This document shows positions 14,026-21,399 of a stretch of 24,000 nt of DNA, piece by piece (within the stretch, counting starts at the first letter, position 1; every line of letters starts with the position of its first letter). The position numbers and the translations under genes were made by a program. The DNA is from an uncultured Porticoccus sp. (GTDB taxonomy: Bacteria > Pseudomonadota > Gammaproteobacteria > Pseudomonadales > Porticoccaceae), in assembly GCF_913061305.1 (NCBI RefSeq), contig NZ_CAJXST010000004.1, positions 278,860 to 302,859 on the forward strand, written 5' to 3'. Below the pieces are notes generated by a model. That model saw only the letters and a program-made list of their open reading frames with translations. It made no database searches and was not told the origin of the DNA.

Positions 14026-16041
14026 TCAGGCCGGCTTCTTCAGACGGTACTTTTTCATTTTCTGGTAGAGTGTACTCTTGGCGATGCCCAACTGTTTGGC
14101 CGCTTGGGTCATATTGCCTTCCGCCTGTTTGATGGCGGCCTCGATGGTGGATTTTTCAACCCGGTCCAGATTGCCCTGGGGCGGGGTGATGAAAGCGTTG
14201 GAGTGTTCCGGCTCCAGATTGCTTTCCCCCGGACGATAACCTTCGGGGAGATCGTCAATCGTCAGGGTCTCGTTGCTGGACATAAAGCACATGCACTCCA
14301 CCACATTGGCCAGCTCGCGGATATTGCCCGGCCACTCGCGGCTTTTCAGGGCTGTCATCAGGCCCGGTGAGAAGCGTTTCGCTGCGATGTCGTCGGTTTT
14401 GCGGATGCGTGTCATCACCAGTTGAGCGATCCCTTCGATATCTTCCTTGCGGCCCGACAGTGGGTCCAGACTGATGGTCACGGTCGATAGACGGAAATAC
14501 AGATCCTTGCGGAACAATCCCTCGTTCACCGCCCCTTTCAGGTCGCGATTAGTGGCGGCAATCAGTCGGAAGTCCACCGGAATCGGTTTGATATCCCCCA
14601 CCCGGTAAATTTTCTTCTCCTGCAGTACCCTCAGAAACACCGGCTGCAATTCCAGCGGCAGTTCGCCAATTTCGTCGAGGAACAAGGTGCCGCCATTGGC
14701 CGCCTCGATTTTGCCCATCATGCCGCCCTTGCGTGCGCCCGTGAACGCCCCCTCCACATGGCCGAACAGCTCACTGCTGAGAATATCCCGGGTGAAGCCA
14801 CCGCAATTGAGGTCGATAAACGGCCCGTCAGCGTACTGGCTGCTGTCGTGGATGGCCTTGGCAAACACTTCCTTGCCGACCCCGGTATCGCCCAGGATCA
14901 ACACTGGCAGCGGCGTATTTGCCGCCTTGCGGGCCTTGTCCGCGCTGGCCTGAAAAGAGGGGCTCTTGCCGTAGATGTCATCAAACGGATCGAGACTGCC
15001 TGCCGGGCTGGCGGCCAGTGGCTCGGCCGTGGGCTTGGCGGCAGAGCGGCGCGGTGATGGCACCAGCACCTGAAAGCCGACGATATTGCCCTTGTGAAGT
15101 ATCGGTTCCACCCAATCCTCCGACACCCACAATCCTGCGTCGTGCGGGTAGACGATTTCATCGCCGCCGAAGCGCTGCATGGAGAGGCGTCGTTTGGTTT
15201 CGGGATCGTAGTCGATACCCAGGGAGTCCAGCGCGGCAGCGGCGTTGGCGGTGGAGTTGATCAGTCGGCCCTGTTTGTCCAGCAGCAGCTTGCCGGTGTT
15301 GCGGTAGTGGCCGAACTGGCTGTTGCTGTGCTCGATGATCAGGCTCCACAGGTCCGAGGTCTTTTTCGCCAGGCCCGATTGAATCTGGCTGGCCCAGGCC
15401 ACCACCAGCGGCACGTGGAATTTATCGTAAATGCTGCACAGTCCGGACAGGTCAATCACGCCCATCATCTGGTTGTCGTAGGGGTCGGCGATGACCGCCG
15501 CCGTGCAGGTCCAGGGTTTAAAGCCCTGAATGTAGTGTTCTTCGCCGTGCACCTGGGTCGGCTTGCGGGTTGCCATGGCGGTGCCCACGGCGTTGGAGCC
15601 GGAGTGGCCCTCGTTCCAGCCACTGCCCTCCACCAGTCCGATATCCCGGGCATCGTCAATGGTTCTGGGGTCGCCAACAATCTGCAGGTTCAGTCCCTGG
15701 TAGTCGGTCAGGTAGAGGATGGTCTCGAGATCCTGCAGAAACAGGCGCGCCTGTTCCAGCACAGGTTCGGCGCACAGCAATAAATCGGAGTTTCTCAGCC
15801 GGTGGTGGGACAGGGTGTTTTCGGAGACCAGCAGTGGTGCCGCTTTCTGTTCCGGGTTGACGCCCTGGGACAGGCAGCGCTCCCAGGAGCTGGCAATCAC
15901 GTCGCGAATCGGCAGGTCTTTGGCCTGGCCGCCCTTGCAGAGAAATTGCTCCCACGCGCGATCAATACCCCGCTGGGCATTCAGGCTGTCGCCGCTGGGC
16001 CGATAAATCAGGCCGGGCTTTTTGGTACTTGAGCCTCTCAC
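14026..16041 (-). CDS. Sigma54-dependent transcriptional activator, AcoR/AcxR type (N-terminal GAF-like sensor, AAA+ sigma54-interaction domain, C-terminal Fis-type HTH)
   Basis: 671-aa ORF with a GTG start and GGGAGG 9 nt upstream. Walker A is GDTGVGKE, the sigma54-contact loop is GAFTGA (VEGAFTGARKGG), and there are ELFGH and GTLFLDEIGELP motifs. The C-terminal HTH is GNMTQAAKQLGIAKSTLYQKMKKY. The N-terminal block GSGWNEGHSGSNAVGTAMA...EHY...WTCTAAVIADP...GVIDLSG is the AcoR-family sensor signature. Confidence 0.9.
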   Translation of the reverse strand: MRGSSTKKPGLIYRPSGDSLNAQRGIDRAWEQFLCKGGQAKDLPIRDVIASSWERCLSQGVNPEQKAAPLLVSENTLSHHRLRNSDLLLCAEPVLEQARLFLQDLETILYLTDYQGLNLQIVGDPRTIDDARDIGLVEGSGWNEGHSGSNAVGTAMATRKPTQVHGEEHYIQGFKPWTCTAAVIADPYDNQMMGVIDLSGLCSIYDKFHVPLVVAWASQIQSGLAKKTSDLWSLIIEHSNSQFGHYRNTGKLLLDKQGRLINSTANAAAALDSLGIDYDPETKRRLSMQRFGGDEIVYPHDAGLWVSEDWVEPILHKGNIVGFQVLVPSPRRSAAKPTAEPLAASPAGSLDPFDDIYGKSPSFQASADKARKAANTPLPVLILGDTGVGKEVFAKAIHDSSQYADGPFIDLNCGGFTRDILSSELFGHVEGAFTGARKGGMMGKIEAANGGTLFLDEIGELPLELQPVFLRVLQEKKIYRVGDIKPIPVDFRLIAATNRDLKGAVNEGLFRKDLYFRLSTVTISLDPLSGRKEDIEGIAQLVMTRIRKTDDIAAKRFSPGLMTALKSREWPGNIRELANVVECMCFMSSNETLTIDDLPEGYRPGESNLEPEHSNAFITPPQGNLDRVEKSTIEAAIKQAEGNMTQAAKQLGIAKSTLYQKMKKYRLKKPA

Positions 16042-16075
16042 TGTGGGTGACCTCCCCCGTTGTCAGGTAAACGGC

Positions 16076-16098
16076 CGGGTAATCGGGCGGGTAATCGG
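16076..16098. repeat. Tandem direct repeat CGGGTAATCGG x2 (12-bp period) just upstream of the regulator gene
   Basis: Identical 11-mers at 16076..16086 and 16088..16098, read directly. They lie 35-57 bp upstream of the regulator's GTG start. Confidence 0.85.
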
Positions 16099-16548
16099 CA
16101 ATGACGTGCTAAATCCATCGTCTGCGCTCACTGTTATTGGGCTTGCTCACTGCCTTGTTGCGTCCCACTGGCATTTCCCGCCGGGCAAAGATAAGTATAA
16201 GCCTCACACGGGGGCGACCGATAATAACACGCAGCGCCATGACCTGTAAGTCCGTTGATAAGAGCCCGTGCTGACGCGTGCCGGACAGTGCAGCAACCGC
16301 GAATTCTCCACCCGCCGGGCCCGCTCGGCCCAAAAAAATATCTGGAACCCCATAAATTGGGCTTGCCATGATTTTTCTTTAATCATACGATTTGTGTCGG
16401 GGTTCGTCCGATAATAATACGTTTAATATCGTGAAAGCCCCATGAACAAAGGCGTTCAGCGAAGAAGGTGCGACCGGAAGACCCTCGGTAACCAGTGTAT
16501 TGACCGTTTTTCGGACGCAATTACCACATTTATGTGGCAAAACTGTTG

Positions 16549-16577
16549 TTGCTGTTGGGGAAGAAGCTGTTTATATT
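16549..16577 (+). promoter_or_regulatory. Candidate sigma70 promoter for the envelope-module operon
   Basis: TTGCTG (16549..16554), a 17-nt spacer, then TATATT (16572..16577), about 65 nt upstream of the DUF1302 start. This is a motif match only. Confidence 0.3.
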
Positions 16578-16642
16578 TCGCATTGCTGTGCGGAATGTGC
16601 GGCGGCAACTAATAATAGTTAATAAATTAGTGGGAGAAGAAA

Positions 16643-18454
16643 ATGGTGATGAAAAACAACACCAGCATCAAGAAAGTAGGTGGCTTTCTGCTGGGCTTTG
16701 GGGGGCTGATGGCCGCCGCAAGCCCGACGTTTGCAGCCGATTTTGACTACGGCATGGACGAAAGTTTTTTTAAGCTCAGCTATAACGGCTATGTCCGCAC
16801 CACCGTCGGTGTGCTGCTGAATGATCATAAGGAAACCAGTGCCGACGACAAATGGCGCATGAACCAGGCGCGGGCCACCGTCAATATCGACTGGGACATC
16901 AAAACCGGGCCGCTGAACTGGCGGGTGGTCACCCGTGTCGAGCATGAGCACAAAACCGACTACCTCGAAGATCTGTCCGAGCGTATGGAAAAGCAGCACG
17001 ATGCGCTGAATGTCCTGACGCCAGGTACCGATAACCGCGGCAACTACGGCCGTGACGGCAAGAAAGGCAGTTTCATGGACCAGTATGAAACCACCGACGA
17101 GCTGATGGATATCGTGCGCGAAATCTACTTCGACTGGCAGATCACCGACCGCCTGTTTGCCCGTATCGGCCGCCAGCAGCTAGTGTGGGGGGAGTCCGAC
17201 TTCTTCCAGGCGATGGACGTGGTGCACGGCTATGACTTCCGCCAGCGGCTGTTCTATGAGAACAACGAAGAATGGCGCAAACCGCTGTTCCTGTTGAACT
17301 TCGTCTATGAGGTTCACGAGTGGGACGGCATGCTCAACTTCTATATTCGCCCGGGGATGGATCGCTCCGAGGATATGGGCAGCAACTACAATATCGAGGG
17401 CGGTCGCTGGATCCCCACCCCCTACCGCGGGGTTGACTTCACTCAGGTGACCGATGCCTATAACGAAGACCATAACAAGGGCGACTGGGACGACTGGACC
17501 TACGGTATCCGTTGGAACGGCCGCTGGGGCTCCGCCGGTTACTCGTTCTCCTATATGAAAACCTTTAACCCGGCTCCGGTGATCAACCCGAACCTGCGTT
17601 TGAATGCAGGCGGTGATCTTGCTGCCTTTGGTGAGTACTATGGGGTAGGTGATTCCACTGCTGTTGGTTTCAATCCTGGTGGAATGCCTACGGATGTTGC
17701 CCTTGAGGGCTATGGTGATGGCTACACTGGCAGTAAACTGCTGGGTGAGTGGCTCTATCCGGAAATCGACGTGTTCGGCTTTACCGTCAACTACTTCAGC
17801 ATGGCGATGGACTCCACGTTGAGTGCCGAAGTGGCGTTTATTCCGAACAAACCCTACAACTACGGCCAGTTGCAGTCCGACCTGCCCGGTTGGGGTGGTA
17901 TCAAGGAGAAGGATACCCTGAACGTCATGCTGCGGATCGACAAGGAGTTCAAATGGCAGCAGATTCTCGGTACCCACCGTCCGTCACTGTCCAGTATCCA
18001 GCTGTTTGATACCTGGATTATCAACCGCAAGAAAAGCGATGAGATTGTCGAATTCGCCTCCTTCGGTGAAGAGAAATCCGAGCACACTGTCTACCTGACC
18101 CTGTTCACCCTGCTCAACTACACCCGTGACACCATCAACCCCTCGCTGGTAGTCGGTACCGACCTCACCAACGGCGGCGGTTTTGTGATCCCGGCGGTGG
18201 AGTTTGTCTGGGGTAACGACTGGCGCCTGAAGGTTGAAGCTGACCTGTGGTGGAACGACGGCGACCGCAAAAAAGTCTGTGGTAAAGCGGATAACAACGG
18301 TAATGCTGCAAATCTAGGCCAGGATTTGGGCGTAAGCGGTTGTGATAAAACCGTCGGTGACGACCTGCTCGGCGTGCGTGAAAACGATGCCTCCTTTATG
18401 GATTGGTTCGCCCGCGACAACCAGCTGGTCTTCAAGCTGACCAGGCAGTTCTAA
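16643..18454 (+). CDS. DUF1302 family outer-membrane (beta-barrel) protein
   Basis: 603-aa ORF with GGGAGAAG upstream. It has a Sec signal peptide (...LMAAASPTFA|ADF) and the block RIGRQQLVWGESDFF that I associate with DUF1302 (R.GRQ.v.WGES.F). It is rich in aromatic/Gly alternating strands and has a C-terminal ...KLTRQF with a terminal Phe typical of OMPs. It is syntenic with DUF1329. Confidence 0.78.
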   Translation: MVMKNNTSIKKVGGFLLGFGGLMAAASPTFAADFDYGMDESFFKLSYNGYVRTTVGVLLNDHKETSADDKWRMNQARATVNIDWDIKTGPLNWRVVTRVEHEHKTDYLEDLSERMEKQHDALNVLTPGTDNRGNYGRDGKKGSFMDQYETTDELMDIVREIYFDWQITDRLFARIGRQQLVWGESDFFQAMDVVHGYDFRQRLFYENNEEWRKPLFLLNFVYEVHEWDGMLNFYIRPGMDRSEDMGSNYNIEGGRWIPTPYRGVDFTQVTDAYNEDHNKGDWDDWTYGIRWNGRWGSAGYSFSYMKTFNPAPVINPNLRLNAGGDLAAFGEYYGVGDSTAVGFNPGGMPTDVALEGYGDGYTGSKLLGEWLYPEIDVFGFTVNYFSMAMDSTLSAEVAFIPNKPYNYGQLQSDLPGWGGIKEKDTLNVMLRIDKEFKWQQILGTHRPSLSSIQLFDTWIINRKKSDEIVEFASFGEEKSEHTVYLTLFTLLNYTRDTINPSLVVGTDLTNGGGFVIPAVEFVWGNDWRLKVEADLWWNDGDRKKVCGKADNNGNAANLGQDLGVSGCDKTVGDDLLGVRENDASFMDWFARDNQLVFKLTRQF

Positions 18455-18538
18455 TAAAGATAATAACGAAAATTTGTGCAACTATTGCAAAACCGGATAG
18501 TCACAAATAAGACTTATTTTAAAACTGGGAGTAAGACT

Positions 18539-19987
18539 ATGTATAAGAAGTTACTAACGGCGTCGGTCGTGGCATCAATGGGCTTTGCGCCCTTGATGGC
18601 ATCCGCGGAAGACGAAACGGCGCTGCCGCTGTACGCCACCGACCGGGAACCCGGTTATGTGCAGCCAACGGCAGACGGTTCCAAGCCTAATCCAGTGTTC
18701 TACGGCAGCCCGGCCAAAGCCGGTCGCTGGGACAACGGCAAACCCACTGAGTCGGAAAAACTGCCCGAGGGTGTGACCGAAGACCAGGTAATGAAAGCGG
18801 GTACCGTGATCAATGCGGCCAACTTTGATAAGGTCAAGGACATGTACTTCGAAGGTAAGCGTGTCGGCGACATGATTACCGAGAAAGTCGAGTGGATGAT
18901 CCGCGAAAAAAACCTGGCGATGAATATCCGTCATTCGGAATTCATCGAGATGGACGAGAAGTACATGCAGGCCACTCAGGATGGCAAGGGCAAAGTAAAA
19001 TTTGACCCCGAAACTCGTGCAGTGTCTGGCTGGGAAGCCGGTATGTTCTTTGACCCGCAAGAAATCTCTATGGACGACCCCCACGCCGGTGACAAACTGA
19101 TCTGGAACCTGCGTTCACCGACCTACGGTGCAACCATGGACTTGCGTCACATCTCCTGGGTATTCCTCGACGGTGAAGACGGCATGGAGCGTATCCAGCG
19201 CTGGTGGGCTCGTCGCTACTACATGGAAGGCCGTCTCGACGGTGGTCCACTGGTAGAAGGTGATGGCGATATCATGCAAAAAACCGTTCTGGTGGCAATT
19301 TTCCCCCAGGATATTAAAGGTATCGGTATCTTCTCCGTACGCTACAACGACCCCACTGCGGAAACACCGGATGACGTTTGGGCCTACCTGAAGTCGGTTC
19401 GTCGTGCACGTCGTCTGTCCGGTAACGCCTGGATGGATCCAATCGGTGGTACGGTGCAGCTGTACGATGACTGGGATATCTGGGATGCGGTTCCGACCAA
19501 ATACAAAGAAGTAAAACTGGTTGATCGTCGCTATGTATTTGCGATTGCTCACGCACCGCTGATGACCGTGGATCTGCGCTTCAGAAACACCATTCAGGAG
19601 TTTCCAGCAGTCGGCATGGACATCCCGCCTCACTACTTCCCCGCGCCCCAGGTGCAGTGGGAACCACGTGAAGTATGGGTAATCGAAGGCACCCCGCCCG
19701 ATGTTCACCCCTACAGCAAAAAAGTAGTGTATATGGAAGTCGATTATCCTCGTCCCTACCTGGGTGAGGCCTACGACAAAAACGGTGAATTCTGGAAAGG
19801 CTTTATCTTCCAGAACCGTCTCGACGTAGGTGATGATGGCTACAAGGCGCTGATGCCGGTTGTTGGTCACATCATTGACTTTAAAGCAGACTTCGCGACC
19901 AACTGGTCTTCCAACATGAAAGCCAATCCGGCCGGTGTTGAAGAAACAGACGTCACGCTGCAAACGTTGATTGCTCTGGCTCGTTAA
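18539..19987 (+). CDS. DUF1329 family periplasmic protein (LolA-like fold family)
   Basis: The track ORF starts at GTG 18476. I prefer ATG 18539 (MYKKLLTASVVASMGFAPLMASA|EDE, a clean signal peptide, with GGGAG 9 nt upstream). The GDKLIWNLR block and the overall size (482 aa) fit DUF1329. It has the canonical position directly after a DUF1302 gene. Confidence 0.78.
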   Translation: MYKKLLTASVVASMGFAPLMASAEDETALPLYATDREPGYVQPTADGSKPNPVFYGSPAKAGRWDNGKPTESEKLPEGVTEDQVMKAGTVINAANFDKVKDMYFEGKRVGDMITEKVEWMIREKNLAMNIRHSEFIEMDEKYMQATQDGKGKVKFDPETRAVSGWEAGMFFDPQEISMDDPHAGDKLIWNLRSPTYGATMDLRHISWVFLDGEDGMERIQRWWARRYYMEGRLDGGPLVEGDGDIMQKTVLVAIFPQDIKGIGIFSVRYNDPTAETPDDVWAYLKSVRRARRLSGNAWMDPIGGTVQLYDDWDIWDAVPTKYKEVKLVDRRYVFAIAHAPLMTVDLRFRNTIQEFPAVGMDIPPHYFPAPQVQWEPREVWVIEGTPPDVHPYSKKVVYMEVDYPRPYLGEAYDKNGEFWKGFIFQNRLDVGDDGYKALMPVVGHIIDFKADFATNWSSNMKANPAGVEETDVTLQTLIALAR

Positions 19988-20007
19988 TTCGAACCGGTTC
20001 GTTCTGA

Positions 20008-20053
20008 AACAGGGCTGTCAGGCAAACCTAATCGTTTATCTGGCAGCTCTGTT
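20008..20053 (+). other. Intercistronic RNA hairpin between the DUF1329 and BNR genes
   Basis: AACAGGGCTGTCAG (20008..20021) pairs with CTGGCAGCTCTGTT (20040..20053). That is 14 contiguous pairs in RNA (12 Watson-Crick and 2 G-U) with an 18-nt loop. No U-tract follows. Confidence 0.5.
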
Positions 20054-20161
20054 GCAGTTTACACACTGAAAAATCAATAAAAACGACCGATCAGACGGTG
20101 TTCGTAGCACTGTAGTAGTAAAGGTGGCCTTCCTGGTCATTTAGATTTTTTTGGGGGTTTT

Positions 20162-21313
20162 ATGAATGTTGCTGGACAGGACCATGCTGGAACCAATTCC
20201 TCTGAGCCCGCAGGGCCGGTAGAAAAAACAGCAGGCCAAAAATTTATTGCATTGGTTTTATCAATTTTACCCTGGGCTATTGTCGGCACTCTGTTGTGGG
20301 CTGGCCTGTTTGTCAAACCAACTGCCGTGATAGAGGAAGTCACACCACCGGCGATTGACCGCCGTGACAATATTCTCGGCATCACCCAAGTCGGCCCCGA
20401 TGTGTATTGGGCGGCTGGTAACTACGGAAAAATCCTTATTTCCACTGACCGGGCGAAAACCTGGACCAATCAAAACTCCACCGTGGATACGCATTTTCAG
20501 GATATCGCTGCCTGGGATGAGAACCGTGCTGTAGCCGTGGGCAACAAAGGTGTTGCGGTGGTGACCGACGATGGCGGTAAGACCTGGATGTCAGTGGAGA
20601 CACCCAAATCCGAAATTTCCAACAAGTTGTTGAAAGTCCATGTATCTCCCGATGGCGAAGCGCTGGCGGTGGGTGAAATGGGCATGATCATTCAAAGTCT
20701 GGATTACGGAAATACCTGGAAGCGCCTGCGCGATGAAGAGGATATCTTCTTCAATGACGTTATCCGCACCAACGAAAACACCATCATCATTGCCGCTGAA
20801 GCAAGGGCGATTGAAGATCCTGATGCGCCTTATGATCCACACCAGCTGGTTCCGGACGCCTACGGTCTGATCTTCAAGAGTGATGACAATGGTGAGACCT
20901 GGCGCACCATTAAGACCGATAGCCTGAACAGCTTCGCGGCCATTGATTTCCGCAATGAACTGGAAGGGGTTGCGGTCGGTTTGTCCGGTACCATTGTCGC
21001 CACCTTTGACGGTGGTGAAACCTGGGCGCATGTCGACAGCGAAACCTCCGGTATGAAAGAACACCTCATGGATATTGCTTGGTCTGAGCACCTCAAGGAG
21101 TGGGTAGGTATTGGCAACAAAGGCAAGTGGATAACCTTCTCCGGTGATCTGTCGTCATTTGAAACACGTTTCCTGACAGAAGCCGCCGCAGATGTGAAGG
21201 ACTTTACGTCCCACGCTGAACTCGCCCTGACCGGTGATGGCGGGTTTGTCGGTGTCGGTGAGACGGTCGGTTATATGGATCTCGAAACGAACCAGTGGAC
21301 ATTGTTGCACTAG
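20162..21313 (+). CDS. BNR/Asp-box repeat beta-propeller protein with an N-terminal membrane anchor (Ycf48 / photosystem II stability-factor-like family)
   Basis: 383-aa ORF. It has one N-terminal TM helix (FIALVLSILPWAIVGTLLWAGLFV). Five Asp-box-like motifs are present: STDRAKTW, TDDGGKTW, SLDYGNTW, SDDNGETW and TFDGGETW. Confidence 0.8.
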   Translation: MNVAGQDHAGTNSSEPAGPVEKTAGQKFIALVLSILPWAIVGTLLWAGLFVKPTAVIEEVTPPAIDRRDNILGITQVGPDVYWAAGNYGKILISTDRAKTWTNQNSTVDTHFQDIAAWDENRAVAVGNKGVAVVTDDGGKTWMSVETPKSEISNKLLKVHVSPDGEALAVGEMGMIIQSLDYGNTWKRLRDEEDIFFNDVIRTNENTIIIAAEARAIEDPDAPYDPHQLVPDAYGLIFKSDDNGETWRTIKTDSLNSFAAIDFRNELEGVAVGLSGTIVATFDGGETWAHVDSETSGMKEHLMDIAWSEHLKEWVGIGNKGKWITFSGDLSSFETRFLTEAAADVKDFTSHAELALTGDGGFVGVGETVGYMDLETNQWTLLH

Positions 21314-21316
21314 TCA

Positions 21317-21346
21317 TTGACACAGTTGCGTGACGATTCAAATAAA
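21317..21346 (+). promoter_or_regulatory. Candidate internal sigma70 promoter ahead of the RND gene
   Basis: A perfect -35 TTGACA (21317..21322), an 18-nt spacer, then AATAAA (21341..21346). The -10 is weak, and this is a motif match only. Confidence 0.25.
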
Positions 21347-21399
21347 CAATTAAAAGATGCGCCCATCCAGGCAGTTTCGGATGGTTGGTGGAGGATAAC

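Noticed and set aside
15094-15783. Plus-strand 229-aa ORF and several 60-113-aa ORFs inside the regulator gene
   Set aside because: The minus-strand frame carries complete GAF/AAA+/HTH signatures. The plus-strand products are Arg/Gly/Ala/Val-rich shadows.
16317-16338. GGGCC-CGCTC-GGCCC hairpin followed by A7
   Set aside because: The orientation is wrong for a terminator on either strand: the A-run follows the hairpin on plus, and the U-run precedes it on minus. The stem is only 5 bp.
16535-16552. Sigma54-like TGGCAAAACTGTTGTTGC upstream of the DUF1302 gene
   Set aside because: The GG to GC spacing is 13 nt instead of the required 10. It is not a credible -24/-12 promoter.
18476-18538. GTG-initiated 21-aa extension of the DUF1329 ORF, and likewise the 9083 start of the 286-aa ORF, the TTG 6874 start and the TTG 21385 start
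   Set aside because: In each case a downstream ATG has a better-placed Shine-Dalgarno sequence. That ATG also gives a cleaner N-terminus (a signal peptide, or no overlap with the upstream gene).
17180-19963. Antisense ORFs 17180..17977 (265 aa) and 19115..19963 (282 aa) opposite the DUF1302 and DUF1329 genes
   Set aside because: They are fully nested in supported CDSs. They have no signal peptides or motifs and are shadow ORFs.
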